From NCBI GenBank assembly GCA_031581485.1, contig JAVLBA010000003.1, forward strand, positions 5,673 through 69,672: 64,000 nt of DNA. Reading direction: 5' to 3'. Each line of letters opens with the position of its first letter. Within the stretch, counting starts at the first letter, position 1. The DNA is from Desulfurivibrionaceae bacterium. GTDB taxonomy: Bacteria; Desulfobacterota; Desulfobulbia; Desulfobulbales; SURF-16. Below the pieces are notes generated by a model, which was not told where the DNA came from, ran no database searches, and worked only from the letters and a program-made list of their open reading frames with translations. Position numbers and translations under genes: made by a program. This document shows positions 16,483-25,358 of the stretch, one piece after another.

Positions 16483-17373
16483 ATGTTTAGTGATAACAGC
16501 AGACTTTATGAACTGACAGATACCACCTCTCCAGCTGAAACCCTCGCTGAGATTAAAAAAATCCTGCTCATGCTCACCCCTTCCCCGGACCCGTCGCCAA
16601 TCGAAAAGGTATACGGGCAGATCACCCGTCTCTTCAACGGCGAAATTCCCGGATACAAGGCCAATAATACAAAATATCATAACCTGGAGCATACCTGTTC
16701 CAGTACCCTTGCTTCTGCAAGACTTATTCATGGTTTGCATGTCCAGGGACAAATTTTCTCCCCCAGGCTTGTGCAGCTTTGCCTGATCGGAACACTTTTT
16801 CATGATACGGGGCTTATCCAGCCCGAGGAAGAAGCGGAGGGTACAGGAGCCCAGCATACCATTGGCCACGAGGGCCGTTCAATATCCCTCATGGAAAAGT
16901 ATCTCGCTAAAAACGGCTTTTCGCAGGAGGACAGCCGCGATTGCGGCCATATGATCAAATGTACCGAGCTTTTCTTTCCCCTGGAAGAGATACCCTTCAG
17001 CTCTGAAGAGGTCAGAACCCTGGGAAAGGTTCTTGGCACCGCCGACCTGGTCGCCCAGATGGCAGACAGGGATTATCAGGAAAAACTCCCTTTGCTATTC
17101 CTGGAGTTTCAGGAAGCCGGGCTGGAAGGGTTTGAGACCCCCCTGGAGCTTTTCAGTAAAACAGAGGAGTTTTATCGCAAGGTGGTGCGTAAAAGGATGA
17201 CCGGTGTGCTGGGAGGAATTTCTTCTGCAGCTCTCTACCATTTCAGGGAGAGGTGGAACATAGACAAGAATCTTTATGAGGAAGCAATCAAATATAATAT
17301 AAGGCGCATGAAGGAAACAGTGACGGAGTCTCTTCTGCAGCTCTCCATTGTTTCAGGGGGAGGTGGCACATAG
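16483..17373 (+). CDS. HD-domain metal-dependent phosphohydrolase
   Basis: YHNLEHTCSSTLASARLIHGL ... LIGTLFHDTGLI provides the H...HD motif of the HD superfamily. The 3' end carries an internal ~50-bp duplication (see findings). Confidence 0.7.
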   Translation: MFSDNSRLYELTDTTSPAETLAEIKKILLMLTPSPDPSPIEKVYGQITRLFNGEIPGYKANNTKYHNLEHTCSSTLASARLIHGLHVQGQIFSPRLVQLCLIGTLFHDTGLIQPEEEAEGTGAQHTIGHEGRSISLMEKYLAKNGFSQEDSRDCGHMIKCTELFFPLEEIPFSSEEVRTLGKVLGTADLVAQMADRDYQEKLPLLFLEFQEAGLEGFETPLELFSKTEEFYRKVVRKRMTGVLGGISSAALYHFRERWNIDKNLYEEAIKYNIRRMKETVTESLLQLSIVSGGGGT

Positions 17374-17386
17374 ATAGCGCAGGCAA

Positions 17387-18847
17387 TCAATTCGTGGAAA
17401 AGATATACTGGACAGGTTGGATTCCGAAATGGGCAGGATGATGGGTCTCGGTGATTTCCCTGACATAGTTGCCTGTCTTGGAATCGCGCTCCTCCAGGTT
17501 GATTATTCCTGCTTTTTTATAACCCCCTCCACTCTCTTTTTCCAGAATGCAGACCAAGGGTCTTTTGGAAAAATCCCTGCTTGGCGAACTGACCACCAGG
17601 GCCAGCTCGCCAGTGTCAAGCCTCAGCAGAGTTCCGATCGGGTATAATCCAAGGATATTGATGAAAACCTTTATGAGGATGGGATCATAGTCTTTACCGG
17701 CCCGATCGAACATGTAGCCCAGGGCCCGGTCCGGACTCAGCAGAGATTTCCGGTAAGCCCGCGACGATGTTAAGATATCATATTTATCGGCAATGGAAAT
17801 AATCTTCCCGAAAAGGGTTAAGGGCTTTTTCCAGTCGGCATGGGGATAGCCGGACAGGTCATATTTAAGATGGTGTTCAAAAAGCGGCACCAGGATTCTG
17901 GCCTTGCTGTCGGGGGAGGCCTTGAGTTGCAATAACAGTCGGGCACTGTTCAGTGAATGCTCCTCAATCATTTTCAGCTCACTGTCATCCAGCTGAGCCT
18001 TTTTATGCAGAACTTGGTTGGGAATCTCAATTTTTCCAAGGTCATGAAAAAGGGCACATATGCCCAAACTCACCAAGGTACGGCGCGAGAGGTTTATACG
18101 CCTGCCGATGCACATGGATAACGTCGCCACATTCGCCGAATGTGTGAAAATGTAGTCGTCAAAAATCCGAAGCGTGCTGATGGCAGCATAAACTTCGTCA
18201 TCCTTGATAATATTCGTCGCCATCTCCTGGACTACCCGGACGGTTTTCCGTATGCCAACCTCACTCTTGTTGTCCTTGATCTTCTGGGCAACTTCTTCTA
18301 TAGAGGTCTTGACATAAGAGTAGTCTCTTTTGGCCCTTTCCCGCCGTTCTGCTTTGTCGTCCCTGTAAGAGGATTTCTGGTCATCCTGTGGTGTTTCCGA
18401 TGTTTTGACCAGTTCAACCCAGTCTATATTTTCTTCAGCAAGAGCGTCTGTGAGCCAGGTGAGAGGTTCCGGCTTTTGACCGGAATTTTCCAGCAACCGT
18501 ATGAAAGTCAGGATTTCATTTACAGAGGCATGCTTGACAGCTTCGAGTAAGCGCACGCCTTCCAGGCCGCGGCTATCAAAAAAACGTATAATATTGTCAA
18601 AAAGATTTTTTGTGTTCCTGTTGTAGATAAGTTTTTCTTCATCAACAAACAGCTGGTCATTAGCGATTTTGACCGTCAATGATTCGTTCTCCATGCATCT
18701 GTTTATTGATTCGCTGAATTTATTAATTCCCTCAATAACCAGGGTATGGGAATCACTGTGGATCCGCGCAGTTTGACATAGGCTGTAAAAGTTGTGCAGG
18801 AATTCTTCAAACTGGGAAAAGGATCTGTATTTTGCCGTATCAGTCAT
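17387..18847 (-). CDS. HD-GYP domain protein (putative c-di-GMP phosphodiesterase) with an N-terminal sensory module
   Basis: HSANVATLSMCIGRRINL...ICALFHDLGKIEIP...EHSLNSARLL...FEHHLKYDLSGYPH (HD...HHE...GYP). The ATG at 18847 overlaps the upstream stop as ATGACTGA. Confidence 0.85.
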   Translation of the reverse strand: MTDTAKYRSFSQFEEFLHNFYSLCQTARIHSDSHTLVIEGINKFSESINRCMENESLTVKIANDQLFVDEEKLIYNRNTKNLFDNIIRFFDSRGLEGVRLLEAVKHASVNEILTFIRLLENSGQKPEPLTWLTDALAEENIDWVELVKTSETPQDDQKSSYRDDKAERRERAKRDYSYVKTSIEEVAQKIKDNKSEVGIRKTVRVVQEMATNIIKDDEVYAAISTLRIFDDYIFTHSANVATLSMCIGRRINLSRRTLVSLGICALFHDLGKIEIPNQVLHKKAQLDDSELKMIEEHSLNSARLLLQLKASPDSKARILVPLFEHHLKYDLSGYPHADWKKPLTLFGKIISIADKYDILTSSRAYRKSLLSPDRALGYMFDRAGKDYDPILIKVFINILGLYPIGTLLRLDTGELALVVSSPSRDFSKRPLVCILEKESGGGYKKAGIINLEERDSKTGNYVREITETHHPAHFGIQPVQYIFSTN

Positions 18848-20600
18848 TGGTGTTTTCTCCAGTGACAGGAATGGTACTTGTCCTGTCAAAAGCTTGCCTG
18901 ATCACACTGAATCTGCTCTGTGAAGCTTTCTGGAGGGCATCCTTTGCTTGCGGAGTGTCGATCAATGCCAGGGCAACTGCTGCACCCTCACGGAATATCA
19001 ATTTTCCTGAACCCATAAAACTGTTCCACCCCCGACTCAGGAGTATTCTCCTCAGGTACGGGACAGCCATGTCGGAACCGCAGCGGCCCAGGGCCTCATA
19101 ACAGGCAAAGATGTGATCTGGTTCCTTTTGGGCTGCATTTTCTTGCAGATATTTCAACAGCATTTTTGCCTTGGTACTGGATTTATCTTTTGCAAAAGCT
19201 GCCAGGATAGAGGAGCGTATGATTTTATCAGGGTCATCAATGAACGAAAACAGCCTTTGGACGTATTGGGGATCCCTGTTAATCAACTCTTTGATCGCTT
19301 TCCGGCGTACCTTGTCAGAGGGGTGGTCGCACATCTTGAAAAGCATTTTGTTGACCCTGTCTCCCTGCAGGGAGTTCAGAATAACCAAAAGCTTGTCCCC
19401 CATCTCTGTGCCATGTTGTTCGATTATTTTTTCAAGAGGCCCGATATCGCGTTGACTGTGCTGCACTATCACTTCCGAGACCATCTGTTGTATCTCGGGA
19501 GAACTTCTTTGCATGATGACCGGCACCAGAAAAGGGATAACCTCCTGGGAACAATAATGAAGTATCTGGCCCAGAGCCCTTAACTTCTCAAGTTCACTCG
19601 TGTGCACCTGCAAGAGCTTTTCGCTGATGAGTTGAAGAATTTCAGGTTTGGATAGATCTTGGAAAAAACGTTTAATAAGGGGGCTCTGCCAATTTTGGTT
19701 AGGTGATGTTTCCGGGGAGAGGAGCGTGCGCAGTGATTGAAATAATTTGACCGCCAGATCGAATTTGTCATGCTGAATGGTTGCAACAGTCAGTTCCGAG
19801 ATGGATTTCAGAACATCGGCGAATTTCTCCTGCTCGGACTGGCTTTTAAGAATAATCAGCAACAATTCAATAAGGTCTTCTGTAAAATTCCAGCTTTCTT
19901 CCTTCTGGACCATGTGCTGAAGTATTTCGTAATCACCGGTGGAAAGCTTCAGTTGGCCATGCCCGATCGATGGATCGGCAATACTTCTGGCCTGCATGCC
20001 CTTGCGCTCAGGTCCTGCCGGTTGCGGGGAGTGGTCTTTGCCATTCTGATCAGCGCCATCTTCTGGTTGAGGAGCGGGAGGGGGGAGCTGGGAAAAATCT
20101 ATAAGCAGCATTTCCTGCCAGAAAATATCAACCGCCTTGAAATCTATATATTCAAGTTCTTCATCCGTCAGCGCGGTGACGATGTCTCCCTCGATCTCCT
20201 CTGCGAACAACCTGTATTTATGAGCTATTCTGAAAAAAGAAGCGATCTCCTCAAGGGGAAGGCCTTCTTGAAACTCAATCCATTTGATACCGTCACGATA
20301 GAGCAGGGTGATGATGTCTTCCGAGGGGGCTTGCTGTGAAACTTCATAGATGGATTCAGACTTGTAAAGGAGACGGTCTTTTTCCACCTGCACCCGCAGG
20401 TCGCCATGAGTCCTGAAAAAATTGCCGAATGGGGCAACAAGGTTTTCAAAGGATTTTATAGTTGACACATGATCTTCCGGATAGAGGCCGTAATTCCTCC
20501 ACGACTGGATAAAAATGTTGATTACCCGCCTGGCATCCTGCAATTCCTGGTCAGAAGGGGATGTTGGGGCTGGAATTTCCTGCTGTTCTTTTGTGCTCAC
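18840..20600 (-). CDS. HEAT/armadillo-repeat protein sharing its N-terminal module with the downstream HD-GYP protein
   Basis: 586 aa. The C-terminal third has HEAT-like repeats (DHPSDKVRRKAIKELINRDPQ...FIDDPDKIIRSSILAAFAKD...). The N-terminal ~170 aa align by eye with the HD-GYP N-terminus. Confidence 0.65.
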   Translation of the reverse strand: MSTKEQQEIPAPTSPSDQELQDARRVINIFIQSWRNYGLYPEDHVSTIKSFENLVAPFGNFFRTHGDLRVQVEKDRLLYKSESIYEVSQQAPSEDIITLLYRDGIKWIEFQEGLPLEEIASFFRIAHKYRLFAEEIEGDIVTALTDEELEYIDFKAVDIFWQEMLLIDFSQLPPPAPQPEDGADQNGKDHSPQPAGPERKGMQARSIADPSIGHGQLKLSTGDYEILQHMVQKEESWNFTEDLIELLLIILKSQSEQEKFADVLKSISELTVATIQHDKFDLAVKLFQSLRTLLSPETSPNQNWQSPLIKRFFQDLSKPEILQLISEKLLQVHTSELEKLRALGQILHYCSQEVIPFLVPVIMQRSSPEIQQMVSEVIVQHSQRDIGPLEKIIEQHGTEMGDKLLVILNSLQGDRVNKMLFKMCDHPSDKVRRKAIKELINRDPQYVQRLFSFIDDPDKIIRSSILAAFAKDKSSTKAKMLLKYLQENAAQKEPDHIFACYEALGRCGSDMAVPYLRRILLSRGWNSFMGSGKLIFREGAAVALALIDTPQAKDALQKASQSRFSVIRQAFDRTSTIPVTGENTND

Positions 20601-20949
20601 TTTGTCCTTTAAGTCCTGAGAACTCTTATACGCTTGCGTTTTGCATTTCTTGCTAAATTGTTAATAAGGTCTGCAGCCTGTTTCTGCAAGAATTGCACGA
20701 ACAGGCTATCTTAATGAAATCAATCATAATTTTGGAATTACGATAGGAAAAATGGGTCAGGTCACTGTGTAATGTTGCAGTGGAACCAAGCTAACATATT
20801 GTACTTAAAAAGAGGTAATCCAAAAAAAAAATAGCGAGAGAGAATGAACATGTCCTGCCCGCTGGATGAAATTTACCATTTTATGGACGTCCCATCATCC
20901 CATCATCCCATCATCCCGCGATGCGGCAGAGCCGGGAAGCACTCTCATG

Positions 20950-22290
20950 TTATGGGAGCGCTTTCCCTTCGCCGGTTTTCCCGGCTGGCTGCCGGTGGTC
21001 ATCGGCTACGGGCAGCATCAGAAAAAAACCGCTGATGAAAAAGAACACTATAACGCTCATCCCGAGGCGCTGGCTGCCTGATAGATAAGTGAGCCATCCG
21101 ACCAGCACCGGCCCCATAAAGGCGGTGGCTTTCCCAGACAGGGCTAACAGCCCGAACATTTCGCTGCGCAGATGGGCAGGCGCCATTCTGGCCAGGTAGG
21201 AACGGCTTGAGGCCTGGCAGGGACCGACAAAGATGCCCAGAATCAGGCTGAACACCCAGAAGAGCAGGGTCTGGCTAACTGTCAGGATCAACAGGCTGGT
21301 CAGCACCAGTCCGCCCAGGGAGATAAGAATGGTCTTCCGAGCCCCCACCCTGTCGTCGATAAAGGCAAAAAGCGCCGCGCCCATCCCGGCGGAGACATTG
21401 AGGCCGATCCCGAAGAGCAGTACATCCTTTTCATCCATCCCGAATACTGTGGCCGCGTAAATCCCTCCGAAGGCAAAGACCGTGGCCAGACCGTCCACGA
21501 AAATCATCCTGGCAATGAGAAACCTGAAGATATTTCCGTAGCGCCGGACCTCTCTTATTGTCTGGTAGAGCTGCCGCAAACCCTTTTTCAGCGCGGTCCG
21601 TCGGGACATGGCGATCTGTTTTCTGTCCGGAGTGATCAGGAACAGGGGGAGTGAAAAAAACAGATACCATCCCGCCACCAGTAAAAAAGTTGCCCGCACA
21701 TCGGCACTGGTCTCCCGGTTCAGGTCGATCCAGGTATTTTCGCCATCCATGAACAGCACCAGGGCCGCCACCAGACAGAGGAGTCCTCCCGCGTAGCCCA
21801 GGCCCCAGCCCCAGCCGGACCAGCGACCGAGGTGATCCTCCGGACTCAGATCCGGCAGCATGGCATTGTAGAAGATGGAAGCAAATTCGAAACAGATAAT
21901 CGCGGCACCGACCAGAAGCAGCGCCGGCACCGTGAATGAGCTGTCCGGTTTCATGAACCAGAGCAGGGCGGTGCAGAGGATACAGAGAGTGGTGAAAAAC
22001 AACAGCCACGGCTTGCGGCGCCCGCTCTGATCGGCAATGGCGCCGAGGACCGGCCCGCCGAAGGCCACCAGCAGGCCGGCGACGCCGATGGCGTTGCCCC
22101 AGAGATTGCTGCCGGTGGTTTCGTCCACCGCGATCCGTTGGGTAAAGTAGGCGGCGAAGATGAAGGTCTGGATCACGGTGATAAAGGCGCTGTTGGCCCA
22201 GTCATACATGGCCCAGGAGATCAGGCCCGGCCTGCCGGCATATTCGGCGGGCCCTCCAGCCGGCCGTCCATCTCCGTTAGCGGCCGGCAT
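20950..22290 (-). CDS. MFS transporter, UMF1 / Atg22-like family
   Basis: ISWAMYDWANSAFITVIQTFIFAAYF is the typical UMF1 N-terminus, with about 12 TM segments. Overlaps the upstream fusion gene by 14 nt. Confidence 0.8.
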   Translation of the reverse strand: MPAANGDGRPAGGPAEYAGRPGLISWAMYDWANSAFITVIQTFIFAAYFTQRIAVDETTGSNLWGNAIGVAGLLVAFGGPVLGAIADQSGRRKPWLLFFTTLCILCTALLWFMKPDSSFTVPALLLVGAAIICFEFASIFYNAMLPDLSPEDHLGRWSGWGWGLGYAGGLLCLVAALVLFMDGENTWIDLNRETSADVRATFLLVAGWYLFFSLPLFLITPDRKQIAMSRRTALKKGLRQLYQTIREVRRYGNIFRFLIARMIFVDGLATVFAFGGIYAATVFGMDEKDVLLFGIGLNVSAGMGAALFAFIDDRVGARKTILISLGGLVLTSLLILTVSQTLLFWVFSLILGIFVGPCQASSRSYLARMAPAHLRSEMFGLLALSGKATAFMGPVLVGWLTYLSGSQRLGMSVIVFFFISGFFLMLPVADDHRQPAGKTGEGKALP

Positions 22291-25003
22291 CCTCTTTCCC
22301 TGTTTTTTGGGCCAGCCGGGCCACTTCGTGGCGGAGGCCGTTTCTGATTCTGTCCCGGTCGCTTTCCTCCATGCCTCCCTCCCTGAGTTTGTCCCGGGAG
22401 AGCGGTCTGCCGAAAACCAGGGTTATCTTGCGGAACCTGGGGAATCGGGCTCCCGTGGGCAGGGCTTCATAGGTGCCGTCGATATAAACGGGCACCACTG
22501 CAACATCGTGGTGCTCCAGGAGCAGACCGACGCCGGATTTGAATTCCTGGAGAGTGCCGTCGGGCGACCGGCCTCCCTCGGGGAACCAGATGAGGTTCTT
22601 CTGCCGGCTCAGCACGGCGGAGCCGAAGGCGAGACTGGACGATACCGCATGCTGGTTGTCAATCGGCACCGCCTGGGCGAGACGGCTGACAAACCGGAAA
22701 AAGGGATTTTTGAAGGCGATCTCGGTCCAGCCCGCGAAAAAGGTGCGGCTGAGGATGGGATAGGGGATGGCGGCGGTGATGATCAACGGATCCAGTAAAC
22801 TCAGGTGATTGGGAGCGATCAGATAGTGGCCGCTCCCGGGCAGGTTCTCCCTGCCGACAATTTCCAGTCTGAACAGGATTTTCATGAGCAGCCGATTGAG
22901 GTGGTACATGCCGCGCCGCATCAGTGACATCAGCGGGCCGAGGGGTTGGAGCCAGCGCTTCTGCTCGTCGTTAAGCACCGCTTCCGGTTCCCGGAGCGGC
23001 TGTTTCGGATTCACCCCCTGGCCGGATTGCGCCTGCCGCCCCACCTCCTCCAGAAGGTCGCGGACCGTTTCGATGTTGCCGATGGCTTCCTCGCCAAGCT
23101 CGACTCCGGTGCGCTGCTGCACTTCCAGGGAAACATCCAGCCATTCCAGGGAGTCGATGCCCAGATCGAATCTCGGACTGCTGTCCGGAGTAAGTTTCCG
23201 GTCGGTGTATTTCCGGCTGAGCCACTTCCAGATCTCCTTGGCATTTCTATCCTCCAGGAGTGCCTGATCCTGGTCCGACATTTCCGCGAGGGGGAGCGCC
23301 CCCCGGCCGCCGCCCTCCTCCTCTTTTTCTTTTTTGGCCTGCCGGTAGCGCTCCTCCAGAAGATGCCGCCGGATCTTGCCGAGCCTGGTTCGCGGCAGAG
23401 ATTGCCTGGTAATCACATATTCGTCCAGAATCTTGTAACTCGGCAGGCCGCTGGATTTTTCGGCAACGGCCCGACGGACGATCTCTTGGATGCCGCTCTC
23501 GCCCGGCTCTGTTTTTTTGAGGTCGGGCACGATTATGCCGGTCAGTCTCTTTTTGTTCAGAAAGACGCCGATCTCACGGATGGCGGGGTGCGCCCCATAC
23601 ATTTCCTCGATTTCATCGGGCTGCAGATTTTCGCCGCTCTCGGTGACCATCAAGGTTTTGGTGCGGCCGCGCAGATACAAAAAACCTTCCTGGTCGAGAC
23701 GACCGAGATCGCCGGTGCGGTACCAGCCCTCTTCCGTAAAGGCCTCCCTGGTTTTTTCCGGCAGGTGCAGGTAACCGCCGAAGACATTAGGCCCCCTGAC
23801 CAGAACTTCTCCCGTTTGAGCGACACTCCCGGAACCCGCCGGAGATGGCGGGGAGTCCGTCGCTTCGGCAATCGAGATCTCCACCCCCTTGATCGCTTTT
23901 CCAACACTTCCCAGTCTGCCGCTGCCCGGCAGGTTGACGGTCAAGATCGGCGAGGTTTCGGTGAGACCGTAACCCACGGCGATCTGCCAGCCCAAGCCTT
24001 CCAGGTTACGGGCCAGCTGCTCGTCAAGGGCGGAGCCGCCGGAAGCCAGAATCCGCAGGGAAGAGCCGAACTGCCGGTGGATAAACGCAAAGAGACGGCG
24101 TCCGGCCAGGAGCCCGAATCGGCGGCGCAGCAGCTTGGATAACCCCAGGAGTCCCTCGAATGCCAAAGCGGCGATCCGGCCCCGCTCGGTGATCCTTGAA
24201 CGGATCCCGTCATAAAGGGTTCGGTACAGGCGCGGCACGCCGATGATAATCGTCGCCCCGCCTGCCGCCACGGCTCTGATGATCGCCTGGCCGGTCAGCG
24301 AGTCGGGAAAAATCAGAGGCAGCCCCATGGCCAGGGGGGTCAGCATACCCACCACAAAAGGATAGACATGGTGCAGGGGCAGGGGCAGCAGAACCCGGTC
24401 ACCGGCGATAATAAGAGCCGTTTGCGCAATCGCCTCGGGCTGGCTGACCAGATTGGCATGACTGAGGGGCACCCCCTTGGGCGCCCCCGTGGTCCCGGAT
24501 GTATAAAAGAGTACGGCCGTCTGCTCCGGGGTGACTCCGGGGGGATCTTCCGGTTCGGCGACCGCGGGCGCAAACCAGCTCTCTTCGCCCTCGCTGATAT
24601 CGAGCCGGTGGAGCCGGGGCTTTTCCGGCAGATCCAGAGTGCTGATCTTCTCGGCTGTCTCCCGGTCGGCAAAGACTACTCCGGCTCCGCTGTCCCGGAA
24701 AATATGTTCAAGAGTCTCCCTGTCCGCCTGCTGATCAATAGGGAGCAGGACGTTGCCCGAATAGATCACGGCCAGGGCAGCAATGACCCAGGCCGGACTG
24801 TTGCCGCCGCAGAGAGCGACGGTTTCCCCTTCCTGCTTGCTGGTTTTTGCCAGTCCCGAGCCGAGCCTGGCGACGGCTCCGAAAAGATCCCCGTAGGACT
24901 TGATCTCGGTATCCTCTTTCTGAAAGGCGACAATCGCCTGCTTTTCACCATATTCAGGCAAGGTCCAAATCAGATCCTGAACTGTCTGGGCATCTTCGAT
25001 CAT
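22277..25003 (-). CDS. Tri-domain fusion: acyl-AMP ligase (long-chain fatty acid) - acyl carrier domain - PlsC-type lysophospholipid acyltransferase
   Basis: AMP-binding motifs LFYTSGTTGAPKGVPLSH, GYGLTETS, GWYRTGDLG. Carrier motif FDLGIDSLEWLDV. Acyltransferase HX4D LIAPNHLSLLDP and IWFPEGGRSPDG. 908 aa. Confidence 0.85.
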   Translation of the reverse strand: MIEDAQTVQDLIWTLPEYGEKQAIVAFQKEDTEIKSYGDLFGAVARLGSGLAKTSKQEGETVALCGGNSPAWVIAALAVIYSGNVLLPIDQQADRETLEHIFRDSGAGVVFADRETAEKISTLDLPEKPRLHRLDISEGEESWFAPAVAEPEDPPGVTPEQTAVLFYTSGTTGAPKGVPLSHANLVSQPEAIAQTALIIAGDRVLLPLPLHHVYPFVVGMLTPLAMGLPLIFPDSLTGQAIIRAVAAGGATIIIGVPRLYRTLYDGIRSRITERGRIAALAFEGLLGLSKLLRRRFGLLAGRRLFAFIHRQFGSSLRILASGGSALDEQLARNLEGLGWQIAVGYGLTETSPILTVNLPGSGRLGSVGKAIKGVEISIAEATDSPPSPAGSGSVAQTGEVLVRGPNVFGGYLHLPEKTREAFTEEGWYRTGDLGRLDQEGFLYLRGRTKTLMVTESGENLQPDEIEEMYGAHPAIREIGVFLNKKRLTGIIVPDLKKTEPGESGIQEIVRRAVAEKSSGLPSYKILDEYVITRQSLPRTRLGKIRRHLLEERYRQAKKEKEEEGGGRGALPLAEMSDQDQALLEDRNAKEIWKWLSRKYTDRKLTPDSSPRFDLGIDSLEWLDVSLEVQQRTGVELGEEAIGNIETVRDLLEEVGRQAQSGQGVNPKQPLREPEAVLNDEQKRWLQPLGPLMSLMRRGMYHLNRLLMKILFRLEIVGRENLPGSGHYLIAPNHLSLLDPLIITAAIPYPILSRTFFAGWTEIAFKNPFFRFVSRLAQAVPIDNQHAVSSSLAFGSAVLSRQKNLIWFPEGGRSPDGTLQEFKSGVGLLLEHHDVAVVPVYIDGTYEALPTGARFPRFRKITLVFGRPLSRDKLREGGMEESDRDRIRNGLRHEVARLAQKTGKEDAGR

Positions 25004-25358
25004 GGGGTTCCCCTCGTTGTCTTAGCTGGCGAACTCGCAAAAAGTCTCGGGACTGACAAGCAAAGGCTTCGACGCTGTTAAACAGTCTATCACGACAAAA
25101 ACACTCCAGCCAAGAGCGGAGGCTTAATATAGTGCCTCCCATCCCCGTGCCGGGGCGGGAAAGGCGGCTATGCCTCTTTTGGGAGGGGGAGGCCATTACT
25201 ATTATCAGCATCGTTGCTGCCTTGGATCTGCACCGTTCTGGAACGGCCACGGATTCAGGGCGATTCCTGGGACAGGATGCCGGGGGACAGCATAATTTCA
25301 GATAATTAGCGCAGACCAACCCCGTTTCAGGTTCTCAGAGCCCTGAGGTGGGATGTTT

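Noticed and set aside
17357-17372. Sigma54-like TGGCAC-N5-TAGC motif
   Set aside because: It lies at the extreme 3' end of the HD gene facing a convergent gene, the -12 element is imperfect, and there is no downstream gene to drive.
20891-20917. Short tandem repeat (CCCATCAT)x3 downstream of the MFS gene
   Set aside because: There are only three units in an intergenic region, with no ORF context or further copies. This is probably slippage noise rather than a functional array.
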